Shown: positions 12,511 through 24,917, numbered from the stretch's first letter. The stretch is 64,000 bases of DNA from Amphiscolops sp. MND2022 (GCA_964187785.1 OZ076409.1:21268001-21332000); one strand, 5' to 3'. Numbers and translations: made by a program. The notes: a model not told the origin generated them from the letters alone.

Positions 12511-13119
12511 CAGGGCTACCGAAAAAATAATGGATCAAACCATTATTTTTGATAAATAATTTGTTTCTAGTATATTTCCATTCAGATAATTTATTTCTGT
12601 CATTCGAAAAATACCACAATTTATTTCGGAATTTTCCATTATTTTAGAAATAAAATGAAGCTACAAAGCAAATAAAGGCAGACGCTACCGCCAAGGCAGC
12701 TTGCCGTAGGTAGGCTATTGTAAATTTCATTTCATTTTTATTCCATCAATTTCTAACATATGCGAACGGCTCTTTAGCCGTGCAAAACTGACCCAGGGAT
12801 ACTTGAGACATCAAAATATAGCATCAAAACATAGAGATATCAAAACAAAAATAAGCAAGCTTCAAGGTGCATTGTGGTCAAGCTATGATAGCTTGTCCCC
12901 AATGCACCTTGAAGCTTGCTTATTTTTGTTTATTAACAAAACTTTGTGGAATGTAAATGTTATTAATGAAGTAATAAATATGGCTGACAATTGAAATGGA
13001 TATAATTTATTTTTTTTTGCTGAGAAAATATAGTTATTCATGGGCATTAAATCTAAAATAAATCTATAAATTAAATAAAAAAATTGAAAAAAAACTAAAA
13101 TAAATTTTCGGTAGCCCTG
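12511..13119. mobile_element. hAT-type MITE
   Basis: TIR CAGGGCTACCGAAAA / TTTTCGGTAGCCCTG; 8-bp TSD AATGTAAC at 12503-12510 and 13120-13127. Confidence 0.9.
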
Positions 13120-13259
13120 AATGTAACATTGGTTCTAAATTCTGAATGTGGACGAAACAGTTTGGTTTCAGTATCTCAGTATCGGATGCGAATTTTACCT
13201 CCGGGGTAAAATTCGCATCCGATACTGAGATACTAAAGCCAAACTGTTTCGTCCAATCA

Positions 13260-13985
13260 GATTTTAGAACCAACCAACGAGTCGTCATCTGGAAGGACAA
13301 ATTTGATGATCAACTTGCAAAGCGAAAGAAAGATCGGTCGTCTCGATACGAACTTCTAGACCTATTACACAGTCTGAAATCCAACCTGTCAAACTTGAAA
13401 GCGAATGGTCAATGTGTGAACAACTTCTTGACTCAAGGACGAACTTGGTGGACGAAATTGAAGATCTTTCCTACCCACTTGAAAAAGGGATGGAGGAAAT
13501 TGAACCCTTGGTTTCGGCCCAGTTTAATGCCCAAAACTTCGCAACCCTCAGTGAGGAGAATTTGAAGCAAGAACAAAACAAATGCCTGGAACTTCAAGAA
13601 GGGGTTCAAGCTCAGAGAATCTCAATTGGCAAGTTACAGAAGAATATGTTGATGATTGAGGCCTTTTACAAAACCATTCAAAACTCACAGATTCAGAACA
13701 GCACCCAAGATAACGAATCAGTGGCTAGTTTGAGCGACCGCGTGATCGGAATCATGAACAGATACAACGCCATTTCTTCCAACGTGGAGGAAAGACCGCA
13801 ACAACTGTATTTCGACATAGAGGAGTCCTTACAGGTATTGAGATTGTGATTGTTATGTATCCGAAGAAACTGAAAGAACAGCTGAAGAATCTATCGCAAG
13901 TTAGAACAAATCTGGAGGACACCGGTGCCGAAATTGACAAGATCAAGGCCAACGCTGAGCAAATGTTGAAGAGTAATCCTCACAA
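13260..13985 (+). pseudogene. Frameshifted spectrin-repeat (spectraplakin/dystrophin-like) gene fragment
   Basis: Helical heptads LKQEQNKCLELQEGVQAQRISIGKL, LSDRVIGIMNRYNAISSNVEER and PKKLKEQL..RTNLEDTGAEIDKIKANAEQML are typical of spectrin repeats; split over three frames. Confidence 0.55.
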
Positions 13986-14762
13986 TCGAATTTATTATTT
14001 CAGAACAATATATTGTCAATTCATGATATTATTCATTTATTCAATAAAAAATTAATTGATATTTATTGATATTATTCAATGAAAAATTATTAACGTACAT
14101 ATGTGGTTTTGATCCCTGTCGTGAGCAACATCCAGAAAAGTTGTAATAAATAGTCTATACGAAGTTGAAACTTTATCAAACCGAAAACAGTAGTTTATGG
14201 AATACCGATCTTGAATTATTGAACTAAAAACGAAGTTTGGACCATGTGCCTTATCCTCCCTCAGATAAATACTGTTTCTTATCCAACAATACCCCCCCAC
14301 CAAGTCTTCCCAAACAAATGAAAGTAGGTCTCATAATGAAGGGGCGATTGCTTCATTGAACTTGGTAATTTTGGTCCCTGTCGTGAGCACTTCCTGTAGT
14401 CAGATTTACTGTTTATGCGATTTGATACTGTGTATGCGAATCAAGCAGTGTAGTTTTGAGTCGGCGTGTGTAGCTCACCAGTAACAACCCGTAATTACCA
14501 GAACTATGTGTAAATATGAGATGCACAGTGTAGTTAGTCAAATTGCCTAAACTAGTCATATGGTGTAAACTAGTCATTTACTGTACTGTCCAATGGTGTA
14601 AACTAGTCAACGTACGAAGCTGTGTCACATAGTGTAACGTCCTATCAATGCGCGTAATGTGTGACAAGTGTAAAACTTCCAAAAAAAATATTCGCGCTCT
14701 GATTTGACAAAAATCGAACTAGCAGGATTCTGCTAGTTCGTACCGGCATGTGTATCGTAATG

Positions 14763-15694
14763 TTCCCATACATACTCAATGGGCGACAAATCAGGCGAAG
14801 TTGGTGGCCAGGGAAGGGTGCGTATATCGTTTTGTGCCAAAATTTGGTTGGTGATATCAGCAGAATGCGGAGACGCATTATCCTGTTGGAAGATCCAAAC
14901 TTCTGGGTAGGACTGCAAGAACGGAACTACTTCGGGCACTAGGACTACGTCAGTGTATCGTTGAGCGGTTATTGGACCTTCTACAAAAACTAAATTGGTA
15001 CGGTAGTTGTGAGAAATTCCAGCCCAAACCGTTATTCCCCCGATATTTCAGCGATCAAAGTGCAGTTAATTTTTTTTGCATATCGGGTTTTGGGTTGACG
15101 ATAGATTTTGATCCGACCATCATGCTTGTGCAAGCAAAACCTACTCTCATCTGACCATAAGATTTGTTTCCATTGTTGATTCCACCTTCTAGTTTTGTCT
15201 GCAAAAATGCATCGCATTTTTTGTTTTGTTGACTGATTACAGGCACTTTGTGGGGTTTTCTGCATTGTAGACCATATTTTTTGAGTATTCTGCCAACAGT
15301 AAACCTGCATACGGCCCATTGGTTGCCGGACTCAACCGCTGTCGAAAATGGGTTTTCTTTATGGTTTCTAACAATTTGTCTTTCGCTTCGCACTAAGAAC
15401 ATCTTTGGTCGTCCCGGTCTGTGCCCATCTCGAACTGATCCAGTTTATAAATAGCGCTCCCAAGTGTTCTTAACTGTTCGTTATTGATATCCGTATTTGG
15501 TAGCAACTTGGTCAGAAGTTGCACCAAACTTAATTGCACTGATCAATTCGCTTCTTTTTTCACACAAGAAACTGCAACCTCAAAACGTGATAAAGTATTT
15601 GAATTGAATTGGTGGCGTGAATAGTTTAGTTTTTCAGCTTCTGTTCTAGCCTTTTCAAAACTTTGCTCAAAGCGCATATTTATGCTCACCACTG
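14763..15694 (-). mobile_element. Degenerate Tc1 element, 3'-truncated
   Basis: TA+CAGTGGTGAGCATAAA end at 15694; WSDESRF, FQQDNASPH and WPPTSPDLSPIEYVW motifs in broken frames. Confidence 0.85.
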
Positions 15695-15944
15695 TAAGGT
15701 ATAGTACTTAAGCGTCTTTCTCTGTCTCTCTCTACAAGGATTGTGGCTGGTATGGGGTTTTCTTTAGTTGCGGACCACGGATGTGTGTTTTTTCCCCTAA
15801 CATGATGACAGTCATTCCTACACCGAAAGGTGCTCGTGCATGGCAATGTCATCGGAATCGTATGACTGGGATCTGAGTCCGAAATTGACCTGGGATCTGA
15901 GCCCAAAGATCACGAAATGACAAAGTTCGAAAGTTCATAACGCT

Positions 15945-16310
15945 CATGAAGGCAAGTTTGGGTCTCAATGGCTCAACGTGGTTCCTTGCATGAACCTAGG
16001 ACTGAAACTTGATGATCAGCAACTTCGAATTTCAATTGGTTTGCGCCTCGGTGCCAACATCTGCGTTGAGCATACGTGCCACTGTGGTAAAAGGGTTGAA
16101 CGGGACGGTTTACACGGTCTTTCTTGCACCAAGAGTGCTGGTCGCTTCTCACGTCATGCTACTCTCAATTCTCTCATAAAGCAGACGTTGGAAGTCTCGA
16201 CTTGCCTTCAATGCTCGAACCACGTGGACTCTACCGAACTCATGGCAAACGCCCGGACGGTGTTACCATGTTTCCTTGGTAATTGGGTAAACAGCTGTTG
16301 TGGGATGTGG
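15945..16310 (+). pseudogene. Fragment of an RLE-type (CRE/NeSL-like) non-LTR retrotransposon C-terminus; second copy at 18815-19185
   Basis: WLNVVP..LRLG..CHCG..DGLHGLSC..RFSRHATLN (CCHC finger and RH motif) followed by EPRGL..GKRPDG..PW..WDV in a shifted frame. Confidence 0.75.
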
Positions 16311-17063
16311 GGCAGGGAAATTTCGTCACCAGCCATTTGGGCGACAAAAATTTCTACCCAATTCGGCGACAATAATGTCGCTCAAATGTCCCGTCAATTT
16401 TGTGCCCTAAATGCCGATGCGAAGCGAAGTGGAGCGACGTGCAATATGGCCTTGTGTAACGTCAGGCAAGGACGTTGCAGAAATTTTTGAATATTTCGAT
16501 CAAAAATTCGAAATGTGCGGTATCAAACAAGCACATTCAACATGGCCGACCCGGCAGGTACGAAAATCGTAGAGGAAGCAAAATTAAGGCAAAACACCAC
16601 CCAGAAGACCCCAGCCCCGACCCAGGAACGTGAAAGTCAGCGATGTCATCACCCAGAAGGCGAGAAAATCAGGAATTGTGCCATCTGACAGCAAAAAGAC
16701 AAGGTGTCGGCAGAAAAGTGCCAAATGAGACCAATGTGCCCCGAAGATGAGGAAAGTTGCCGGAAGCCAAACTGACGATCAACCCTGAACTGTAATGTTA
16801 TTGGGGCTTATCCTAGTGATTTATTACCGTTTACGGAGTGTTTGGATGATATTTGATCTACTAGATCTGTATTTTAGAACTTATTCTCCAAATACAATGT
16901 ATTTCAGTTAGACACCTTTTTAGACCTCGGAAGTATGTAGCAGGTGGCAGGAATGTATGTCAGTAACCTAGGATACGTTTTTACAGACTTGTGGGGCGTT
17001 TCCGGACTTTGAGAGTGCCGGCACGTCGCCTCGGAGCTCTAACTAGAGAAGCCTCCTTAGACG

Positions 17064-17623
17064 GGTAAATGGTCACTTGGCTTAATGCCATTTGGCTTAA
17101 AGTCATTTGGCTTAATACAATTGGTCACTTCGCTTGGTTTTTTTATGCTAAGTGTCTCGGGTATTGGTCACTTGGCTTAAAGTCATTTGACTTAAAACCA
17201 CTTAGTTGAAAACACGTGGCAGATTTTGTTGAATTTATCTTTATAATGTAGTCAGTGTATTATTATAACGTTTATCAAGTACCCCTCGGATATGTCCCCA
17301 TTTCCTCTTGTGCCCTGCGGCCCCTTGGGGCCGCTTATATTCCCATCTTATTAAGCGAGGTCAAGCAGGAGCAAAGACTTAGCGGGAACGAAGATCGTGT
17401 AGCGATCGTAGTGGGAGCTGGTCTTTGCGACGGTGAGGGCGAGCGTGCATACACCGCATATGTTCCTCATTATGATATTTCCGGGAGTTGACATATTTAT
17501 TCCTTGAGTTGAAATGGAGTTGGCCTAAATTTGTGGTCACTTGGCTTAAAATTTTTTAAGTCAAATGACTCGACGAAAAAATTAAGCCGAATGGTATTAA
17601 GCCAAGTGACTGGAAGCCAAGCC
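17064..17623. mobile_element. GG..CC-terminal MITE (MuDR-like); second copy at 19955-20508
   Basis: Inverted ends GTCACTTGGCTTAA / TTAAGCCAAGTGAC; TSD CTTAGACG on both sides. Confidence 0.75.
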
Positions 17624-18564
17624 CTTAGACGATAGAAAAGCCCATTTGGAGACCATTTTGGGATCAAAAACTAGTGTCTAGGGATGTAGTAAGACAACGG
17701 TCTCCTGTTTAAGCATCCTAAGCCTTGTCCCTCTTCCAAGATGTACGCAAAAAATTGAAGGGGGACCCTTTAGGGAAAAAAATTTCAGAAAAAAGTCTCG
17801 CAGTGCCGATAAAAATGAAATGGGGGATCCTTTGGTCTCGCCCGGTATGGTATGTTACGCGGAAAAACAGGAAAAACCTTTTTGGTTCAGTTTGCTAGGC
17901 CAAATAGTGCAATTTGATGCAATAATATTTTGTAGAACAATTTTGGTCAGTTCGTGTGGATAGAAAATGTCTCTATAATAGTCGCGTTTCACTTCATGAA
18001 GCGCCGACTAAAAATGGAACAAAATGGCAATAAAGTACCTAAATTTTTTTGCACATGACGAAGTCAATGTGCATTGCAGTCCAGCTAAGTAAGTTTTTTT
18101 TCCACTATAGTCAACTTCATTGGTCAACTTCCACAGTATTCTGCCAACAGTAAACTTGCATACGGCCCATTGGTTGCCGGACTCAACCGCTGTCGAAAAT
18201 GGGTTTTCTTTATGGTTTCTAACAATTTGTCTTCCGCTTCGCACTAAGAACATCTTTGGTCGTCCCGGTCTGTGACTATCTCGAACTGATCCAGTTGATA
18301 AATAGCGCTCCCAAGTGTTCTTAACTGTTCGTTATTGATATCCGTATTTGGTAGAAACTTGGTGAGAAGTTGCACTAAACTTAATTGCACTGATCAATTC
18401 GCTTCTTTTTTCACACAAGAAACTGCAACCTCAAAACGTGATAAAGTATTTGAATTGAATTGGTGGCGTGAATAGTTTAGTTTTTCAGCTTCTGTTCTAG
18501 CCTCTTCAAAACGTTGCTCAAAGCGCATATTTATGCTCACCACTGTAAGGTATAGTACTTAAGC

Positions 18565-18606
<42 letters not shown>

Positions 18607-21048
18607 AAGGATTGTGGCTGGTATGGGGTTTTCTTTAGTTGCGGACCACGGATGTGTGTTTTTCCCCTAACATGATGACAGTCATTCCTACACCGAAAGG
18701 TGCTCGTGCATGGCAATGTCATCGGAATCGTATGACTGGGATCTGAGTCCGAAATTGACCTGGGATCTGAGGCCAAAGATCACGAAATGACAAAGTTCGA
18801 TAGTTCTTAACGCTCATGGAGGCAAGTTTGGGTCTCAATGGCTCAACGTGGTTCCTTGCATGAACCTAGGACTGAAACTTGATGATCAGCAACTTCGAAT
18901 TTCAATTGGTTTGCGCCTCGGTGCCAACATCTGCGTTGAGCATACGTGCCACTGTGGTAAAAGAGTTGAACGGGACGGTTTACACGGTCTTTCTTGCACC
19001 AAGAGTGCTGGTCGCTTCTCACGTCATGCTACTCTCAATTCTCTCATAAAGCAGACGTTGGAACTCTCGACTTCGACTTGCCTTCAATGCTCGAACCACG
19101 TGGACTCTACTGAACTAATGGCAAACGCCCAGACGGTGTTACCATGTTTCCTTGGTAATTGGGTAAACAGCTGTTGTGGGATGTGGGGCAGGGACATTTC
19201 GTCACCAGATATTTGGGCAACAAAAATTTCTGCCCAATTCGGCGACAATTATGTCGCCCAAATGTCCCGTCAATTTTGTTCACATAGCCCTAGTGCCCTA
19301 AATGCAGATGCGAAGCGAAGTGGAGCGACTTGCAATATGGCCTTGTGTAACGTCAGGCAAGGACGTTGCAGAAATTTTTGAATATTTCGATCAAAAATTC
19401 GAAATGTGCGGTATCAAACAAGCACATTCAACATGGCCGACCCGGCAGGTACGAAACCCGTAGAGGAAGCAAAATAAAGGCAAAACACCACCCAGAAGAC
19501 CCCAGCCCCGACCCAGGAACGTGAAAGTCAGCGACGTCATCACCCAGAAGGCGAGAAAATCAGGAATTGTGCCATCTGACAGCAAAAAGACAAGGTTTCG
19601 GCAGAAAAGTGCCAAATGAGACCAATGTGCCCCGAAGATGAGGAAAGATGCCGGAGGCCAAACTGACAATCAACCCTGAACTGTAATGTTATTGGGGCTT
19701 ATCCTCGTGCTTTATTACCGTTTACGGAGTATTTGGATGATATTTGATCTACTAGATCTGTATTTTAGAACTTATTCTCCACATACAATGTATTTCAGTT
19801 AGACACCTTTTTAGACCTCGGAAGTATGTAGCAGGTGGCAGGAATGTATGTCAGTAACCTAGGATACGTTTTTACAGACTTGTGGGGCGTGTCCGGACTT
19901 TGAGAGTGCCGGCACGTCGCCTCGGAGCTCTAACTAGAGAAGCCTCCTTAGACGGGTAAATGGTCACTTGGCTTAATGTCATTTGGCTTAAAGTCATTTG
20001 GCTTAATACAATTGGTCACTTCGCTTGGTTTTTTTATGCTAAGTGTCTCGGGTATTGGTCACTTGGCTTAAAGTCATTTGACTTAAAACCACTTAGTTGA
20101 AAACACGTGGCAGATTTTGTTGAATTTATCTTTATAATGTAGTCAGCGTATTATTATAACGTTTATCAAGTACCCCTCGGATATGTCCCCATTTCCTCTT
20201 GTGCCCTGCGGCGCCTTGGGGCCGCTTATATTCCCATCTTGCTAAGCGAGGTCAAGCAGGAGCAAAGAGTTAGCGGGAACGAAGATCGCGAAGCGATCGT
20301 AGTGGGAGCTGGTCTTTGCGACGGTGAGGGCGAGCGTGCATACACCGCATATGTCCCTCATTATGATTTTTCCGGGAGTTGACATATTTATTCCTTGAGT
20401 TGAAATGGAGTCGGCCTAATTTTTTGGTCACTTGGCTTAAAATTTTTAAGTCAAATGACTCGACGAATAAATTAAGCCAAATGGTATTAAGCCAAGTGAC
20501 TGGTAACCCTTAGACGATAGAAAAGCCCATTTTGAGACCATTTTGGGATCAAAAACTAGTGTCTAGGGATGTAGTAAGACAACGGTCTCCTGTTTAAGCA
20601 TCCTAAGCATTGTCCCTCTTCCAAGATGTTCGCAAAAAATTGAAGGGGGACCCTTTAGGGAAAAAAATTCGAAAAAAAGTCTCGCAGTGCCGAAAAAAAT
20701 GAAATGGGGGACCCTTTGGTCTCGCCCGGTATGATATGTTACGCGGAAAAACAGGAAAAACCTTTTTGGTTCAGTTCGCTAGGCCAAATAGTGCAATTTG
20801 GTGCAATAATATTTTGTAGAACAATTTTGGTCAGTTCGTGTGGATAGAAAAAAGTCTCTATAATAGTCGCGTTTCACTTCATGAAGCGCCGACTAAAAAT
20901 GGAATAAAATGACAATAAAGTACCTATTTTGTTTTTGCACATGACGAAGTCAATGTGCATTGCAGTCCAGCTAAGTAAGTTTTTTTTCCACTATAGTCAA
21001 CTTCATAGGTCAACTTCCACTATAGTCAACTTTAGATAAAAGCCAAAA

Positions 21049-21117
21049 CCCCAGGGAGATTCGAACCTGCAGCCTCCCGGTTGCACGGCATAAGAGTTGA
21101 CCACTGTGCCATAGGGA
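21049..21117 (-). ncRNA. tRNA-derived segment inside the HINE (second copy 28928-28996); not a canonical tRNA gene
   Basis: A-box TGGCACAGTGG and B-box GGTTCGAATCT at tRNA spacing; the anticodon stem pairs poorly. Confidence 0.65.
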
Positions 21118-24100
21118 CGTTATTGAACAAAGTTGAACTGTTGAATATATACGCATGCGATTAAAATAATATATATACGCATTTTTCTTCTTCTTCTTCT
21201 GTTTTATCGCCTTGCGGCATCAGTATCGGTTCTGTTTGTCTTCTTCAGTAAACTGAGGGTTTTGCATTTGTTCGTTGCTTGGTGTCTTGACATGTTTGTA
21301 AGCGCTATCAGGGAATCGCATCTCAGGCAGACTCCTTTCTTCGGGACATATTTTCGAGCTGAAGGCAAGTCTTTCTGTGATGTTTCGAGGCACTTTTTCA
21401 TGTGGTTCTTCAGTGTGGCTTCTTGTGTGAAAGTCTTGCCGCATTTCTCGCATTGAGTTTCTTTTTGTTGCGAGTCGTGAAGCCTTTTCCTGTGTATAGC
21501 TAGGCCTGCTTTGCTTCTGCACACTTTGTCACAAATCTCGCATTGAAGGGTGTTTTCGATTGGTGTTTTCGTCGATTCCCTTCTGTCTCTGATGATTTCA
21601 TTGGGTTGGATTACGTGGTTGTGGCCTTGCTGTCTCTCATATTCTTCGAGGTGTTTTACTCTGTTCCGTACGAGCGCTCTCCACTTGGTTCGATCGGTTA
21701 TCAGGTGTTCAATATTGTTGGGATCCTCGCCGGCTTCATTGATAAGTTTGCGCCAGTATGTTATGGTGTTTCTGTGTGGGAGTTTTTTCGTCTTATTCTC
21801 TTCTTCTAGTTTGCTGTACCATCCTAGCACTGCCTGTTTCACCAACTTGTCATCGTTCATTCTCAGAACGTGGCCCATTCTTAGGAGTAAGCTTTATCTA
21901 TCTTCGTTCTGAGAGATGTTACATTCAGTTGTTCTCTGATGTCCGCCATATTTAAGTGTTTCTCTTCCATCTGGGGTAGAGGTTGGCCATTCTTATCGCT
22001 CCAGATGTATCTATATCTCTTGTCCATGAAAGTTTGCATCCTTTTGATCTCTTTCAGCTTGAACGGGCGAACCGATGCATTGAAGAGCATAGTGCTCTCT
22101 ATGCAGGCTTCCACTACTTTGGCCGGTGTTCGCTTGGTCAGACGACATTTCAGGAACCTCCTTTTGATGGTAGCCCAGTTCTTTCCCGCCCTTTGGATGC
22201 GTTTCGTTGTGTCATTATTGTTCTCCATCCACGTTCCAAGCATTCGAATTTCTGTGTTGTTCTTCTCGTCGCCAAAAACCATTTTCTCCTTTTTGTCTAA
22301 GTTCGTTTGTTCTTCAAACTCGAGGAGACATCTTTCCACTATCCTCTTTCCCCCTTCTACTTCATCGTTGTGACCGATTACTGTTGTATCATCAGCGAAG
22401 AGAGAGAGAGCGTGAAAATTTTTTGGCTTGCATCCGAGTTTTGTTGACCTCTGCGTTGTGGAGGAAATCTGTTTCCTTGTAAATACGACCATCTGATCCC
22501 GCATTGTTTTCCATTTTCCCTAGCAGCTTCCTCCCGCTTGCTCTCTGCTATGCGAATAGCTGCTTGGTGATATATGTTGAAAAGTGCGGGTGAGGTAGCA
22601 CACCCTTCCCTCAATCCTCTTTCTGGGTAGAATGCTGTACTCACACCCTCCGCACCTTTGACCTTGTAGCTCGTGTGCTCGTGGAGGTCCATTAGTTTGT
22701 TTATTATGTTCTGTGGCAGTGAGTATCTTCTCAGCAGGGCCCAGAGGATCGGCTTGTTTACTCGAGGGTATGCCTTCCTCAGGTCCAGTAAGATGGCTTC
22801 TGCGTTGTTCGTGACATTTCTCGACCTTTGATACTGTTTGATGTCCTCATTTATTCTGACCAAAATCTGTGTGGCGTCTGCGGTAGAGCGGTCAGCCCTG
22901 AAACCTGCCTGGTTCTCATCGAGAAGGCTGAGTTGCTCGGACCATTCTCGTATTCTCGTGGCAAGGACTCTGGCCAGTATTCTGCTCATAATCGGCAGTA
23001 GACAAACTCCTCTATAGTTGTTCATGTCCTTTTTGTCACCTTTTTTATAGAGGGCAATTATTTGTCCGACTTTCAATGATGCCGGCCACTCTTGAGCTCT
23101 ATCTTCTCACATGCATTGTCTTTTCTGGATGATGACTCGTTTGACCTCATCGTCGGCCTGTTTGATGAAGCGAAGTCTTATTCCATCTTCACCTGCCGCC
23201 GAGTCTTTCATCTTGTTCATTTCCGCTATTATCTCGGTCGCGTTCAGGCTTCTCGATACCTTTTCGTTCGCTGCTTTTATGATCTCCTCTCCTACTTGAG
23301 AGGGACTGATTCTCTCCATTAGTGGGGCTATTTCCAGCGGGTCATTTCCATGACGCTCAGATGTTATCTTCTGGAGGTGGTTTTTGAACTCTTCCTCACT
23401 AAAAAGGGGGACACTTGAGCTGTTATTGTAGTTCCTTCTTCTTTGGAGGAGGTTGAGTGTTGCGTACATTTTCCCGATCTGTCCTTTGGCACACGCCTCT
23501 TTGCACTCCTCTGCCAGTTCGTTCCACCATTCTTCTTCCCACTCTCTGATTTTCCGTTTGTAGATTTTTCGATACGACTTGATCCTCTGTTTCAGGTTTT
23601 CCATTCTGTCGAGGTTATTGTCCGCTCGGTTCTGATTCCGTTCTTTCAGCAATGAAGTCAGTTTCTTTTGAAGTTCTCCGTGTTCATCGCTGTGTCTCGA
23701 CATCCATGGATTTATCTGTCTGTTGCGGCGGCCACATACTTTGGCAGCAGTTTCTCCAATCATTCTCTGCAACTTTTTCCAGTCCTCTCTCTCGGTTTCC
23801 GTCATCTGCTCGTTCTCCTTCTTCGTTTCCATTTGGTTTTTCGATGTTATGTTGGGGTCACGTAGTTTTTCCCAGTCAATGTTTGGGCATCGCTTCTTGA
23901 AGAACTTCCGTTTCTTCGTACTCAGAAATTCAGGTGACATTACGATCATCTTCGCGTTGTGGTCGGAGAGGTTTCGGTGGTTCGCCGTTGACATTTTGCG
24001 AATTATTTTCTGTGTGTCTTTCCATCGCGTCGCAAAACCGTCCAGCTCGTACCACCTCTTTACACTCTTGTTAAACCACGTGCCTCTGAAATTATGCTGG

Positions 24101-24726
24101 TACTGCGAGTTTATGCAGACGAGCTCGTTCTCTGTCAGCCAATCCAGAAGCTCTAGGCCTTGTGCGTTGGATGATCGTAGGCCAAAACGGTTTTCTTCCG
24201 CAATGTGGGCGTTGAAATCGCCGCCCATCAGGAAGAATTTTCCATTTCCGTGTGTCGTCATTATTCTTTCTACTCCACTTCTCAGATTCTCCAGATCTTT
24301 CTCATAGTTTTCCGATCCAGCCACTGGTTGGTAAACTGATAGAATTAACGAGTGTTCTAATTTTATCCCTGTGACTCTTTCTGTCGCGAACCATTTGCGA
24401 CCCTGGGATTCCCATAAGGCGTACATTTGTTCAGACAGGAGTACTGCCGTTTTTTGGGAGTAGATCAGGTAAGAGATCTTTTTCTCGTGTTGGTACGAGC
24501 GTATCCCTTTGTCGCGTGTGTTCAGTTCACTCAGGAGAGTGATGCTCCATTTCTCTTCCATGCATCTTTTGACTTGTTCTCCGAATCTGCTACCGAACAG
24601 GTTCGCCCTGTTCACATTCCAGGTGGCTATTTTTATCTCTGTTCCCTCTAGTTGGTTTATTAAGGAAATCTTTCGCTTCTCTCTCTTTATTTCTCTTCGT
24701 TGTTTCCTTCTACAGCTCGTGTGTCC

Positions 24727-24750
24727 CGGCCCTGGATTGCTTTCAATGTC
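24727..24750 (-). other. 2A-like ribosome-skipping motif DIESNPG/P
   Basis: ALETDIESNPGP lies in the LINE ORF just upstream of the APE domain and matches D(V/I)ExNPGP. Confidence 0.8.
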
Positions 24751-24917
24751 TGTTTCCAGAGCAGAACATTTGTAAACCCTCTGATGTGTTCGGTTGACAA
24801 ACGTTGCCGATGGGTTCGCCTGTTTTCTTTTTGAAGAGGTGGACTGGTCGGCTAATCCAGCTACCCTCTGTTCCGGATAGGCTCTTCCAGTTAGTACCTG
24901 GTATGTGCCCCCCAGCC

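Larger units (their letters stand above)
2238..14388. repeat. Dispersed 20-bp motif TTTTGRTCCCTGTYGTGAGC, about 14 copies
   Basis: Copies near 2238 (degenerate), 2284, 2339, 2394 (degenerate), 2444, 5497, 5602, 6952(-), 7017(-), 7066, 9421, 10742, 14107 and 14369; none noticed after 14.4 kb. Confidence 0.9.
1..14762 (+). mobile_element. Putative large DNA transposon with a RAG1/Transib-like transposase and cargo genes; left end outside the window, right end near 14634 or 14762
   Basis: Transposase motifs at 478-4309; a 20-bp motif dispersed only within 2238-14388; GTGTA(A)-rich short repeats clustered at 14447-14755; abrupt truncation of the neighbouring Tc1 ORF at ~14762. Only one end is visible, so no TIR pair or TSD can be shown. 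Confidence 0.55.
15284..21020 (+). repeat. Tandem duplication: 15284-18134 and 18135-21020
   Basis: Colinear, highly similar units, each holding a Tc1 5' part, an RLE-LINE fragment, a MITE and a HINE 5' end; the (CT)n tract is expanded in the second unit (18569-18604). Confidence 0.92.

Noticed and set aside
13064..13300. Mirror-image ORFs on both strands
   Set aside because: An artefact of the 13149-13255 palindrome.
21049..21117. Functional tRNA gene
   Set aside because: The anticodon arm does not pair properly and the segment is embedded in a repeated element.
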